Positions 13,874 through 27,987 of a DNA stretch of 64,000 nucleotides are shown here, one piece after another. Source of the DNA: Phoronis australis (lineage: Eukaryota > Animalia > Phoronida); assembly GCA_002633005.1 (NCBI GenBank), contig NMRA01000012.1, positions 310,001 to 374,000 on the forward strand, read 5' to 3'. The notes under the pieces are model-generated. The model did no database searches. It saw only the letters and a list, made by a program, of their open reading frames with translations, and was not told the DNA's origin. The number at the start of each line of letters is the position of its first letter. Positions within the stretch are counted from its first letter, which is position 1. The translations under genes and the position numbers were made by a program.

Positions 13874-14291
13874 AGCTGCATTTACATGGGAGACAGTTGT
13901 CATGGAGCAACCAACAGGCAAACAGCTATCAGGCACAGTTCTGTGTGTAAACGCACTGACAGGCGCAAGCTGTCACCGTGGTGTGGTGTGGTGTGGTGTG
14001 GCGTGGCGTGGCGTGGCCGCCACCATGTTTGACAGGGGTTTGAGAGGTAGACCAAGTTGCATTCTAGCTGTTCCAGATTCAATTACATGTCTAAACATAA
14101 ACTGGGGCAAGGTGGAGAAGGGATCATCTGTGTTAAGCTGACGCTTGCACTTGCGCAATAGTGCAATAGGGTAGAGTGATTCGCTTGCATTCCACGTGGT
14201 TTGGACATTCGTTAGTGTTTATGCAAGCATGTGCAGACAGTCTTCGTGTAAATGTCGCCCTGTGACAACTGTTCCCCATGTAAAAACAGCT
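13874..14291. mobile_element. MITE, PIF/Harbinger-like, with internal (GTGTG/GCGTG)n
   Basis: About 30-bp TIR AGCTGCATTTACATGGGAGACAGTTGTCA / TGACAACTGTTCCCCATGTAAAAACAGCT; flanked by TAA and TGA. Confidence 0.7.
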
Positions 14292-14310
14292 TGATCCTCT
14301 GAATCTGTCA

Positions 14311-14800
14311 TTAAGGTGTGTGTAGGATCTTAGTAATACATACTGATTTGACTAATTTGGAAACTTATCTCAGAAATGCGGGATTGGATTCACACGAAAT
14401 GTTTAGATTTCATGCTTTAGCAGTGTTTGCCAAAATGTGGTTTGGAATTGTTATTATAATGTTCTAGATTTGCATGAGCAACTATCAAAAATGAGACTTC
14501 TATGATTTTCATGAAAAATATGTTAAAAGTTGTATAAAAAGAAAACGAATAGATATTTTAAAAACTGTAACACTGTTTTTCGAGATCTCATCTTGAACAT
14601 TTATATCATGCAAAATCAAATGAAGTTTTCTAAGCTTCACTAAAGAGACCTTGTCATATGATCCAATTAATGGCAGGTGGGTAGAAATCAAAAATCAATC
14701 TCTAAAGGCTTCAGGTTTTCAGAAAATGTACTTTTACTGAGTTAATAAATCTACTTTTGTTGATATTTTGCTAAATACACTAAATTCATACAAAATATTG
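14311..14800. mobile_element. Dispersed non-autonomous element starting at TTAA (Kolobok-type end), related to 53510-54017 and a partial copy near 24130-24240
   Basis: Shared TATCTCAGAAAT...ATTGGATTCACA, GAYCCAATTA and TTTCAGAAAA blocks. Confidence 0.5.
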
Positions 14801-17800
14801 TTAACCCTACTAGTAGTCTGAAAGTTATGACTTATTCTGCTGCAGCTGCTATTGAGAACTAGTGACCACACTGCTGGAGTTGTATTTGGTACTGGATGAT
14901 GTATACCTTAAATCCTTACTCCCCAGTGTGCCCTGCTGACTAATGGTGAATGAATTTGGCTTGAGAAAAACAAAGAGAACTTCTCCATTTGAATCAATTA
15001 TTGGTCTTGGTTTGATTTGCTAGCTTGGTGAATCCTTGTATTTACGGTTCAAGAGGATTGAGTTCTGGTAATGGTAGTTTGTAAGGGTATCTGATTTTCT
15101 GTTTACACCTCAAATCCGGTAATCAATGTTCTCAATGGTTGCATTGCACAATTTCGATTTACTACAAGGCTGGTTTATTCATTGAAGGCTGTAGACACCG
15201 TCTTCAATGACTATCAGTAAACTAGCCACTACTTGCATTTGGCTGTGTTGCAGTCACAGATTGCCGACAATGCACTCCTGAATCAACCATTTCAAGCAAA
15301 ATAACCTTGATAAAAATTCTTCAATTTGTGACAGTGAAACAGTTTATTCAAAGTTGGTGCTTGTACACAATTTTTGAATGAAGCAATACTGGGCGTCCCA
15401 AATTTAAGAATTGCGCTCAATGACTAATGATTATTCAACCTCCATGTTACTCACTTTTGGGACACCAGCTATTTTCTTTGATGTTCTGTACTTACAAGTA
15501 CATTTTCAGACTTTTAATTAATATGCATTGTCTGAAATTTGAGAAACATGATGTTCGCCAAACTTGTCTATGTCCCAATCTTCGTAATGATGAAAACTTA
15601 ATTTCACCTTGACTTTTTGGAATACCGAATTTTAGAGACTGCCCAAACTTGAGATTTTTTACCTGATGTTGTAATGACTTTAACCTTTCACTGGAGGTCA
15701 TGACACTATTTTACGATCCATCTTGACTTGCAAATGGGATATATTGTTTTAGACCATTTCATACTAACTTAACTCTTGGCTTGGGTGATAAAGATTTGTT
15801 GAGGTAAACTGCAAAGTTATTTGAACATGTCTGACTGTCTTCAGTAGTTAAAGTAGTTACAAACACATGTACCGTCACAAAAACCTACTTTCGAATTAGA
15901 TCGCTTATCGTGGTCTCAAAGTGATAGTTCTTTACCAAGACTAAAAATCATTTATCATATGAGTAAGGAACAAGTTGCGACCATCTTTCAACTTGTGGTA
16001 AGTGGTTTAAAGTAAAAAAGTTTATCAGTGGAATTATGGAAAGCAGATTTGGGGTCACATGAATAGACCCCAAAGTTATCACAGTTTAATGCAAGGGTGA
16101 TCAAAGTTATCGCGAGGTGGTATTCCGAAAACGCTACTGTTAAACCCACCTTCCATCAGAAAAACTCGTAATATTCCTCACAGACTCATGAAAATTGTGT
16201 TTATTGCTGTTGGCCAACCCTGAAATTGCGAATTTTAAAAGGAAACATGTACACATTCCATGTGACTTGAGTTCCATCAAGAACATCAGTACCATCTGAT
16301 AATTCATAAAAATGCTTCAGTGTTTATTGGGTTTGGCCAACCCTGTATTGCAAATTCGAAAATGGAGCATGTATGCATTGCCTCTGACTTGAGTTGGAAA
16401 TGATAATATTATTAGAGAGTATTTACCGGTATGAGAATAAAATAATCTGATTCAATTTACGTTTCTAGCCAGCTCAACATGACAAAGTCCAGCTTTAAGT
16501 TAGACTTTTGGCATGATGTCCGTAATATTGTTCAATAAGAAACACAATGTGTGATCATGTTATGTCATTTTAACTTAATCCATGACACTGAGTTCTGATC
16601 CCATTTTGTTCAGCTAAATGATAGGATAACCAAATGTTTGAATTGCGCAAAATTTCTTTCGGCAGAGATCACAGCTCTTTGTTTTTTCATCGTAAGCTAG
16701 TACTTGAGTTTGCATGACCTGATTGAAGTTTGATCAGGCCACGTTGTGATGCAGAATGTCGCGCCACAATATTTGTGTTTGATTTAGCGTGGTATGAGTT
16801 GACGTGTATATACATTTACAAACTGAGCATATTTGCTCAGATGTGTCAACACTATACACGTAATTCTTCATTATTTATATTAAGATCATAATTTTGGGTG
16901 GTGAACATGTGCAGGATGATAGCTTGATCATTTTCATCTTAATTTAAATAATAAAGGAATACATTTTCAGTGTTGACACAGCCGTTGCCGAGTAATTAGG
17001 TAGAACTGGCTTGAAATTTTTTATCATGTTTGTCTGGGTTAACACCCTGTGCACTTAAATTGGGCAATTCATAAATCAGGAAATGTTTGTTGATCGAGCA
17101 TAGTGCTTAAAATAGAAGAAACTTTTAAGATGTTGGGATGGGTGTTTACCTGGAGGATCGGTTCAGGTAAACGCCTCTGGATTTATGTTTATGTCAGACT
17201 TCTGTGGCGAATTTAACAAGTTGGACACTTTAATTTCTTGCCCAACTCGGCCAAAGTGCTACTGAAATTACAAGTAATAACTGACTGTTACATGGCAAAG
17301 TTAACCTTATTTTGTACATTTTGTAACTGAAATTTGCGTGGCACAGCGGTTCTCTAAGACCCAAGTGCTTGCAAGGAAGTTTTGATTGAATACATATTGG
17401 AGGTAAGTGTTGAGCCCAGCCTTTAAAAGTGAAAAATTTGGGGGGGTTGGCAGTATCCCAAACCTGATGTTAGCCATGTAAGGTAGTATCATGCTCTAAA
17501 CTTTTGTGTTCACAGTTCACACACAGACCTGGCAATCCCTTCAGTTGTTTTAATGATACCATTCATTGAGCTTGATATAAATGCAACCCTTCTATGCCAC
17601 ATGTTTCAGACAGATTTTGGCGCCTTTTCAGATGTTGTCTTTTTCTCGTTTTGTCAATTACTAGTTTGATACAAGCCATTAGGTTGTTAATCTGCAGGTA
17701 TAATCGGATTTTGTAGATGATAATGAAACTGTTGTACACTTCAATAATGAAGAGCACATATCTTTCTGTAAATGCTATAATAATTACATCCCGATTACTC

Positions 17801-18690
17801 CTGCATTCAAAGGTTTTCACACGAACCTGTCACACTTTCTAGTAATACCATGTGGCAGTAGATTGTGGGTTAATCGTAAGCACTTGAGGGCCATTTTATG
17901 CCATGCAGACATCAGGAGTATTAGAAGCTGTTATATAGTAAGTGTATTACATATTTTGTGGACAGGACATGTCTGCACAAACAATGGTGGTAATCATTAC
18001 TGTGGAATTCCTGCTGGTTTGTCCTCTCTTCAATTTCACACCCAAAAATAATGGCCGTTTCACGTATTAATATGGGATGCAACTGTTGACCTTTCCCTGA
18101 AACATATTCATCGATATTTTGTTACCTGTTAGCTTTTATTGAGACTGTCAAGCTGATTCAGAGGCAGACTTGAAAACAGGAGGCACGGAACATTGTTCTT
18201 GCTTAGCTTTATTTTGGTGAAAGCTTTCACTGTTGTTTGACCCACTGGAAACTCCCCTCATTGTTGTCTTAATGTCTGAAAAATCAAAATTTGGAATTCC
18301 AGCCTGTTATTCATAAGATTTCTATTATTGTTTGGTCTGTCACACAGAGTCAAACACATGATGTTGCCTGTCTTATCTTTTCTTATGTTTTCTATTATAG
18401 TTACTGGTATCAAGGCATGCAGTATTGTACTGTCAGGATAAGACCTGTTTTTTCTTGGCCATGAGATGGAAATATTAGCCCATTACATGGCTTTATCTAG
18501 TAGGCGTTCTCTAATTCAAATGTAGACATCTAAATGTCTTGGCTAGGAGGTACTGTTCAGCATTTGGACATCCTGTTCAGCATTTAGGCACCTAAGTAGC
18601 ACACAACCCCTGGGCTGGCTGTCTAAGGGGCAACAATACTCCCCACAGCTATTTGTGCTAATCTCATCCTGTATATTTTAAACAGGAAGT

Positions 18691-19759
18691 AGTCCAAATC
18701 TAGTCACCCAATAAGAGGTTTTCACCTCGTCAAAACTACATTTTATTCTTAAAAATGTTACTTAAAAAGAGCTTACTTTCTTCACTAATCCTTTCTTGTG
18801 CTATGCATATGATAATCTTCGGTGAAGCATGTCTGTGTGACTCTTGCATAAAGTAGCATAGAAAGACATGCAATGAAATTTGTAAGATTTGAATCTCTTG
18901 AACTTTTTGCAGTCCAAATCTAGTCACTGAATAAGAGATTTTCACCGTGTCAAAATTATATTTTACACTTAAAATGTCACTTAAAAAGTGCTTACTTTCT
19001 TCACTAATCCTATCTTGTTCTATACATATCTTCGGTAAAGCATGTTTGCGTGACTATTGCAAAAAGTAAAATGGGAAGACATGCAATGAAATTTGTAAGA
19101 TTTGAATCTCTTGGCCTATTTATTTGTCAACAGGTATGATTTCACTTCCTCAAAATTACACCCGGATAAGGAAGCTTGTGTGAAACGCAACATTTTTTCA
19201 TGGATATGTTCAAATTATGCTAACTAAATTGTCTCCAGAGTCATGGCATTAAGTGTAACTCAATATGTATATATGCATGTTATTTGCTGTACTTCAACAG
19301 GAGTAACTTTTTATGGGGGTATNACTGAGCATGGGCGTTAACCCGAACGATTACGGTAGTCACCGAATAAGAGATTTTCACCGTGTCAAAATTATATTTT
19401 ACACTTAAAATGTCACTTAAAAAGTGCTTACTTTCTTCACTAATCCTATCTTGTTCTATACATACCTTCGGTGAAGCATGTTTGCGTGACTGTTGCAAAA
19501 AGTAAAATGGGAAGACATGCAATGAAATTTGTAAGATTTGAATCTCTTGGCCTATTTATTTGTCAACAGGTATGATTTCACTTCCTCAAAATTACACCCG
19601 GATAAGGAAGCTTGTGTGAAACGCAACATTTTTTCATGGATATGTTCAAATTATGCTAACTAAATTGTCTCCAGAGTCATGGCATTAAGTGTAACTCAAT
19701 ATGTATATATGCAGGTTATTTGCTGTACTTCAACAGGAGTAACTTTTTATGGGGGTATA
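18691..19759. repeat. Diverged 220-bp tandem pair (18691, 18911) plus about 400-bp gap-flanking duplication (18921-19322 / 19358-19759)
   Basis: Repeated TAGTCAC...AATAAGAG...GCTTACTTTCTTCACTAATCC; N at 19323. Confidence 0.85.
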
Positions 19760-20152
19760 ATATGACCTGTATGCGCCTGTGGCATACACAGTGGTTTAAT
19801 TGCCTAATGCGCACCCTATTCAACATTTGGATGCCATGTTCAATATTTGGATTTTCAAGCAAAGTAAGCAAGCATTGGCATCACTTTTATATTGCTATCA
19901 GCAGTGCTTGGTGTTTTTTTAATATGAGCACAGCCCCAGCATTATATCTCGGTTCTCATTCATTCCCTTGCATACATTCACCAGTAAAAGCGAGCTCAGA
20001 GGAGTAGGAGACACATTTGAGCAATGCTCAATTGTCTGCCAGTAAAGCCAGGGTTTGAAGGGTAGTCCAGAGCTCAAACCACTGAGCCACACTGTCTTCT
20101 TGCTTGGTGCTGGTAGCTTGTCAAGGGTAAAAAGACCATGCATCCACTGTAG

Positions 20153-20582
20153 AGTGCCCTTTACACTACAAAAGTTGACACCGATCAGCTGACACCAAAC
20201 GAGATGTTCTAGCGCAAGTATGTGTGTAAACAGGACTGACCTGGAGTATACTGACACCGCGGTGACAACTTTTGCCACCTGTTGTGAGGCAGAGCAATTT
20301 GCGCTCGATCATCTTGCTCCGTGTCAATTATATGTCTAAACGCGAAACTGGGGCAAGGCGGATAGGATCATCTCTACTGAGCTTGTGCAATGACCTACAT
20401 ACAGGTTCTCTGTCTCTGCAACTCCCGCCATTTGTAAACCTGTGCATGTGCGTTCCACACTCCAGCCCACAACTTCCGTCTTGCCACAGTTAGTAAGTTG
20501 TGTGTGTAAACGGCCGCTTGACACTGATCAATTTGCTCCGTGTCAGTTGCACCGGGCCAAAAGTTGATGTCTAAACGGGACT
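20153..20582. mobile_element. Diverged relative of the 13874-14291 MITE
   Basis: Shares internal AATTAYATGTCTAAAC...AACTGGGGCAAGGYGGA...GGATCATCT; degenerate TIRs. Confidence 0.55.
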
Positions 20583-23391
20583 TACCATAGGAACCACTCT
20601 TTGACTTAGGGTCATAAAACAGAAATGGGCAAACCCATAATGAACACCCCATTTATGAATTCTTGTAATGCGTTTCCATAACTACAGTCTGATGTTACAA
20701 GAACTTTTTATAACATTTAAAGCTGCTCTACTAATGGACTCTCCTTCCTTCACATGCTTATTTTCTATCCTGGTTCTCAAGCGGATGTGTTTTGATAGCT
20801 TGCTTGGAGAGTATTTAGGCTTCATTTGTTAACTGTGGGAGTGCCCTCATGCATTCTCAATCTTTCTTAATATTGAGTAAATCCTAATTAGGACAGACAT
20901 CTGCATATGATTGCCCTGATGTATTGGATTTCAATTATTCCCTACTTTGGAAAAACTTCACCACTGTGGCTGTAAAATCCAGTTGGTTTGATTAATCGAG
21001 ACACATCACTGGTTACCAGTCACTCCAGGGGCTCCTTTCTGAATAATGGGAAGTGGGTGTTACCACAATATCAAAATTTAGAGCAACGAAATATCATGAA
21101 AACTTAGAAAATGGACACCTGAAATAATTCCAATTTCACCGACCGCTGCCCCTGGGTCACCATTTTTTGCACACCCAAGACAATACCATCAGTAGCACAA
21201 AGTCAAAATACCCACTGAAGAAGAAACCTGAGAGAGCAAAATACAGTAAATCCCAATGATTGAGGACACAATGTAGATGACAAGTGAAATTCTGCTGTTC
21301 ATTTTGTAATAAAAGATAAGTAACAAACAAATAAAAGCTTTATCATTTTAATGATCTATATCCATAACTAACGTCAGACAATTATGAGAAATTGTGAGCA
21401 TTCACAGCAGTGTTGGAGGCCATTTTAAAGTGAAAAAATACCAATTTTGGCAATTAGTTTTGTTCAAAATTGGTGAGATTTTTCTGTACCAATGGAAGAC
21501 GAAACCTGAGGGTAATATCCAAGGCCTTTCATATAGCTGCATGACAGTCAAGTAGGTGCATTCTTGAATTGTGTTTGAGCATTTATGACCAAAGTAGACA
21601 GTGGTATCCCCCAAATGGAACTTGAGAACAGTGACTGGAATGGTTTAATTGAATTGGCCTACCAGTAATATGACCTCTGCTTGCCAGAAATATTGAAGTT
21701 GCATAATGTCTCTTTGGCCACAAGTGTTTGTCACTGTGTTTCTGTATTCAAAAGGACCAAGAAAGTGCATACTGTATATATTCTTATAGGTGAGGTTTAC
21801 CAGGTGTGGTGCTTTGAAAGGTCACCTTCAAAAGGGTTCCTTTTCTGATAAAATTCCCTCCAAATGCGTTCAGTTTGTTAGTTTGAAACTTCGCAAAATA
21901 TGTTCCCTTTCCAGCTACACAAATCTACTGAGGTTTTTGCAATATTAACTACACCGAACTATTGTTGCAAATGACAACATGTCATCTGTTCTTGTACCTT
22001 TTCAGACTTAGTCGATTAAGAATTCAACTGTCAAAGAATTCCTCTGAAAGCAGTAGGTTTATTGAATTAACCTATGCGTAAGGCTGGTGATTCTGGGTCA
22101 AAACCTTATGAAAAGGGTGGTGTCTTTTTCATGAAAGACGCTTACAAAAGGCTCCCTTTTACAAGTCCTCTCTCTGAATAGGGTCATCCCGGATTACTCG
22201 GCGATAAAACTCTCCTTCGTCCTGGAGATAAGACAGCACGTGACACAGTTCTGGAAATCATGTACATTTTCGTGTGTCTTTCATTAATGTCAGAAACATG
22301 AAGACTTTCAGATCATGCATCCACAGGTATTTGTCCAGTTTGTCAAACTTTTTCACATCGGAGTTCCAGTCCACAGCACTGCAGTTATACTTCGTTGGCA
22401 TTGAAAGGACGAATAGAGTAAAGCAACCGAGAAAAACTTGTAAAGAATCAAACAACTACAAATAATAAGTGAAGCTCCAGTGGCATGAAAATGAGGCAGC
22501 AAATTTGATTGACCGATGTTTACGGCATTGTGGGTAAAGACAGATTCGAATGTCACTGCGTAATCCAGGATTCCAGGATGGCCCTACTACTGAGTATTTT
22601 CAATTTTCCAACTGTGCCTTCCATGTCAATAATATCCCCCCCATTTCTGATGACTGGAGTCATCTGCCCTCCACCAACAACTGTTTGGCAGCTTGCTTCT
22701 GATACCAGCGATATCTGATTACACTGACTGGCCTATTGTTGCCTTCCCTGGAGGTTGAGGGGATGCTCACATGCATAAATGTTGAGACCTTAGTTTTATG
22801 CAAAAGCATGCTTATGTTAAATCAATGACTAATGTTTCCGGAATGAAAAAAATCTCAGTATGGATTTTTGAGTTTTTCAGGTTCTGTCAAAGTCAAAGAA
22901 GTTGAATCAATTTCTTCAATTACATCTTTTCATCCCGACTGTCAGACGATCTTTAAATCAATGATTGAATCGACCATCTTATTTCCACAGTTGTGTAGAA
23001 ATTATTGGTTTTGCTCTTCCGTCAATATCATGCACTTCCTGTAGTCTCTCATTTTAACTTGGCACAATGATTACTCGCCATGGGCCAACGGGGCCCAACC
23101 ATTTGTATATTTATGAATTATGAATAAGGACTGTCTTTATAGATTTTGATATGTGGCTACCACTTGAGTGATTCGCCTCAAGTGTTTTCCACACACCATG
23201 GAACATTCACAGTAGCTGCAGGCATCACTTAATGGTGTTTGAAAGTGGTTCTCAAAATGCTGGTATCTTTGTGACTATTATCAGCGCTATAATAGTCGTC
23301 TTAATGACATCAAATAGGTCTTGATTTTTTTGGAGTTGATGGTAAGTTAATGTAAAAGGTTATTTTTCAATGGCTGATTACCGCGCAATAG

Positions 23392-23490
23392 AGTCACTTA
23401 CAGAGGGTTCCAAATTTTGAGAACCGGTTTGATGCCAGTTAATCTGTGGTGAAAACTGGTTCTCAAAATGTGGAACTCCTGTAAGTGACT
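23392..23490. mobile_element. 99-bp palindromic miniature element; related copy at about 30250-30346
   Basis: AGTCACTTACAGAGGGTTCCAAATTTTGAGAACCGGTTT pairs with AAACTGGTTCTCAAAATGTGGAACTCCTGTAAGTGACT. Confidence 0.7.
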
Positions 23491-26400
23491 TTTACCATTC
23501 ACCTTGCTACAAATAATGGAAACTTTGGTAAATGTTGTTTTACAACACTCACCTACTCAGTACAACCTAAAGACAAAAGTTTTCTTCTGCGAGGCAGAAA
23601 TTGTCGCTTTGTGCAACACAATGAATACGACGTAAAAAAGATCTATATGCAAGTGTGCCAGGTTTGCAGTGACACAACAATTAGGATTGGCACAAGTTAC
23701 CTTTGAACAAGATACCTTACCTCGATAAAGTGGAGTAATTTGTCTCAAGTGGGACAAGTTGTACTAGTTTAAATGGGGTCCGCATAGCGTTTCAGGAGTA
23801 ACTTGTTCTTGGGCAAGTCTGTGTGCAGACGGCGCTTGAGGTGGGCTAATGAAGCTATATTTCACCCGTTTGGCTGTCAATGCGAAATTCTGAACAGATG
23901 CGCTTTTTGTTTTAAAATCATTGCTACAGTAATCCAATCTTGAATTGTTGAGTGGGCAACTCAAGTCATAGGCAATGTATATATTGCCATTTTCAAATCC
24001 CAATTTTTCTGTTTGCCAAACCCCAATAAATTTTCAAGTGTTTTTTGGGTCACTGATGTTCTTACTAGTCAGGGAAATAGAATCCTATCACGGTAAGGAA
24101 TATTATGAGACCAATCTAAGTTTTAATCAAGACATGCTCACGTGACCCAATTAATGACAATCAAAGTATACATTTTTTCTACTTTCAGAAAATAAATACA
24201 TTTACAAAGTTTTGTATATTTTCGGCGAAATGCAAAATTTCTTGTCCACGTTGGATTCGAGCTGCAAACCCCAGTGCCTAATGCTGGGGTCATCAAGTGC
24301 AAACTAGGATTGGCCAGTTATCCACCGTATGCTATCTTGTACTTGAGGATAAAATTATTGTAACCTATCTTGTGTTCACCAAAAGTGCATCAGAAAATGC
24401 CAAAAAATTGAGGGGGGGGGTGGTGCTGGTGTTATATCTGAGTGTTTGTCTTATCACTGATTTGATGTTCAACTGGGCATTACATGCATGTGATTTCCCA
24501 AGGGTTTTATCAGATAACCCACATTGAAAGGATTATTGTGGTGACACTTGCTGATATGATCTCATCATTTCTAAACTGGTCCTTAATAGTGTTTATGTTT
24601 GCTTCTCAATTTGTATGGGACAAGGACAATTGTTTACTCTGGGCTTTCTTCCTCTGCTGAAAGAGTATTGTTATGAAGGCATTTTACTTGCATCAAACTT
24701 CCTCGCGCCAGTTAATGTTCTCAATTTTTTAGTGTGCTTATTACATTGTAACTCATGTTATTTATGAAAAATACCCTGATCCCTGCATGATGTCGTGACA
24801 CACAGTTTTGCACCCTGATCCGTGCATGTCTTGACACACAGTTTTGCTTGGCAAGACATCCTCTTCCACATCTAGTCAATTCCAAAAGTATTGTGACAAA
24901 AGTACTCAGAATTAGTTGTCACAATGACTGGGTGAAAGCCTAATTCATTGCCCTAGTAGCCTTCCCTGAGAATGAACGGGAATTTACAAGAAAGTTAGAG
25001 GTGTCTACAAGTATGTAATTTGCTGCCATAATAGTTCTCTTATTTGGTACACAATACAGCCAACTAATGAAATTCTATTTTGTAAAATTTCTTAACGATA
25101 ATAAAGATGAAAATCTTATAGTCTGTAACTAGTATGGTTTGTACTGCAGTGATGTCATAAAACTATTTGGTGAAGTTTTAACTATTTGCAGCAAAGTTAT
25201 CAATATTCGAAAGTTTTGGCAAATATTGTTAAAAAAATAAGTGACGTGAGAATTACCATATCAGTTACTTACTTTTGCTGTGAACACAAAGTCAACTAGC
25301 TGACATAGCGGAAAAACGGTCTTTTGTCTCGTTACTAATGTCTTGTACTGTATTCTTGTTTGCGATATACTTGCGCACTTTTCACTTGTAATTTATGCAC
25401 TGTTTTCAATAAAAATGGGCCTCAATGGTATGCAGTGACACATAAAAGGTTGCATGCTGTATGCACCACCGTCAGGATGTGAACATTGATACGGTTCAGT
25501 AATTACCATCATTTACAGTCCTACTTCACAGCTTATTCAGACGTGGTTCACATTTGATTCCCACAAATCAATGATCATAAAACTGGCCTCATAATATTCA
25601 TTACCGTGGTAGGATTCTATTTCTGTGCCTGTGTGATTTGAGTGGTTTACAGAAATAGAATCCTATTTTAGTAAGAAATGTTATGGCAGTGTTCTCCACA
25701 GCCTGTTTTGACTGGTCACTGCGTAGAGTTTGAATTTTGTTGTGATGAGTTTGGGTTACTTGCGTAAAGTATGAAAACCTGTGCAAAGAGTTTGTAAGTA
25801 TTGGGAGATTAGTCGTTTCTTAAGCAAACAAGGTTATTTTGGATTTTTAGTACGAGTTCAATACATTTATTCCAAGACTTAGCACACAAACTCCCTATAG
25901 TAAGGACATGGACTTCAAACATGTACATGAATTTGCAATTCCATTAGTTTGAATTTTCTGTTGTGGAGAGTGCTGTATGAGAACAATTTTATGAGAGTAA
26001 ATGGCCTACCGGGTAATTTGATTGACTATTTCTAGCCAGCTAAACAAGGCAAAAACCAGCTGCAGGACGAGTAAAAATGTTAACACTAAGATGTCTTTTG
26101 ACATTAGAATGTAGGCCTCCTGTAAAAATATATCCCATTTGGGTCCCCCTTTACAAACTCCGTCATGAGTGTCTGCTTCTTAATGGTCCCCTTGCTCTTC
26201 CGTCCCCTCTTAAGAAATATTTGAAATTTATTTTCAAACTTCCATCACCAGACCAGGAATTTCCTTTTTACAGGTTAGTAAATTCTCTTCTCAAGAATGA
26301 GTTAACACTCACCAGCGCTTGACTGTAGATTTTCCTCAAGAAATTTCACTTTCAAAACAAGAGTGTCCCTTTACCTTTTGTTAGGAAGGGCCCTGTTACA

Positions 26401-26910
26401 CTGCTCTACCTGTAGAACATTTAAAATAATTGTATAAGGATATACCATGAAAGACATCTGATGCTATTAATTTCACAAGTGGTAACACATGTGCTGAAGT
26501 GTATGGTACTGTTTTGTTACTGGTGCTTTAGCTTTAATATCTGAGTAGTCTATAACCTTCTGAATGTATTGTTTTGGTTAGATCAATGTGTGAGTGTTAT
26601 GTGTTTTGAGTGAGCTGGCACTGCTCAGTTCTAATATGTCACTTGAGTATTACACACTACTACTGTTACGTTGAGAGGGACTTTGGTTCTCCTGGTGGGT
26701 TGACTCTGCAGCAACTTTCAATCTTGTCTTAAAAATGATTGAGTAATACTATTTATTTCTTTTGACATTTGTGACTTGCCAATTGGTAAGTAGATTTTTT
26801 TTATTTCGAACACAGTTTAGCAATTAAGTTCTTTTAATACTAGATGTTGTGTCATTGACATCGCTTCTTGTGTTAGTTTGTGAATTCGTGGTTCTCATTT
26901 TTGTTTATAG

Positions 26911-26952
26911 ATGGCATCTGAACCAGGTGGTTTGTGTGTTAACCAGTGGTAG
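26911..26952 (+). promoter_or_regulatory. 13-codon upstream ORF (MASEPGGLCVNQW*) in frame with NDST
   Basis: ATG is the first three bases after the acceptor; TAG at 26950-26952; main ATG 6 nt later in the same frame. Confidence 0.6.
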
Positions 26953-26958
26953 AGGAGG

Positions 26959-27987
26959 ATGACAACGATTAGGCGATGGCTGTACTTCAAGCCATGTGGC
27001 AGGTTACGCCGCCTGTCACTGCCTCAGATGATGTGTGGCCTCTTTCTTTTCTGTTTTGTATCAACACTGCTCTTTGCGTACTATGCGTCCATGAAACGCT
27101 TCAGCGAGTATGTCCGCGATGTTCCCAAGCCGAACTTCAAGTGTCATTCTCGAGCATTCTCCAGTTCAGACTCGCCACTGAAGCCTAATGATCACGTGTC
27201 TAGTGCCCGGCTTCGAATTGATGCGAAGGTGTTGATCATTGTTGAGACACAATACTCACCACTTGGTAAGAACATTGGCACTCTTTTGGACTCTGTGAGA
27301 ATTAATTACAAGGCTGAGATTGCCTCTCATCCTGCCTTACCCTATTTAACGCGTATGGACAAGGGCAAGTATGGGATTATTATCTTCGAAAATTTCAATT
27401 CGTATCTCAAAATGGATAAATGGAACCGCGAACTGTTGGATAAATACTGCAGGGAGTACACTGTTGGCGTAATTGGCTTCATGCCAAGAACAGAACTCAA
27501 CCATTACGAACATCCTATCGGAGGAGGGTTCCCGCTGAAAATTAACACAAATCTTGGCATGAGAGATTTCGAGATCAATGCCACCTCCGAAATACTGCGT
27601 GTGACACGTGCTGGCGAAACATACGTAGGCAATTTACCAGGGGACGAGTGGACAACATTTGTACCTGAACACCCAACATATCAGACTTTGGCTTACTCGA
27701 AAACTCAGAGTTCGGCCGAGCTCGTCAATTACACGCTAGATATGTTCGAGATGGATGAGCCCCATCATTCAGTCATTGTGCAAGACCTTGGTAAACTGGA
27801 TGGTGTACAGCGAGTGCTGTTCGGCAGTGGGCTTCAATTCTGGCTGAACAAAATGCTGTTTTTGGACTCAATTAGTTTTCTTTCTCATGGAAAACTGAGC
27901 ATACCCCTAGAGAGATTCATACTCATCGACATTGATGATATTTTTGTGGGCATGAAAGGTATTCGTATGAAGCCGGCTGATGTCAAG
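26959..27987 (+). CDS. NDST: NDST coding exon 1 (MTTIRRW...MKPADVK), TM anchor and start of deacetylase domain
   Basis: 353-aa ORF; acceptor TTTTGTTTATAG ending 26910; donor AAG|GTATGT at 27988; DIDD motif. Confidence 0.96.

Noticed and set aside
19128-19140. Other AG|GT overlaps (CAG|GTATGA here, TAG|GTGAGG near 21789) as recursive sites
   Set aside because: Weaker pyrimidine tracts or donors; expected by chance in a long intron.
22100-22740. Coding-like stretch with overlapping short ORFs
   Set aside because: Multiple stops and no identifiable motif; may be a decayed element but cannot be supported.
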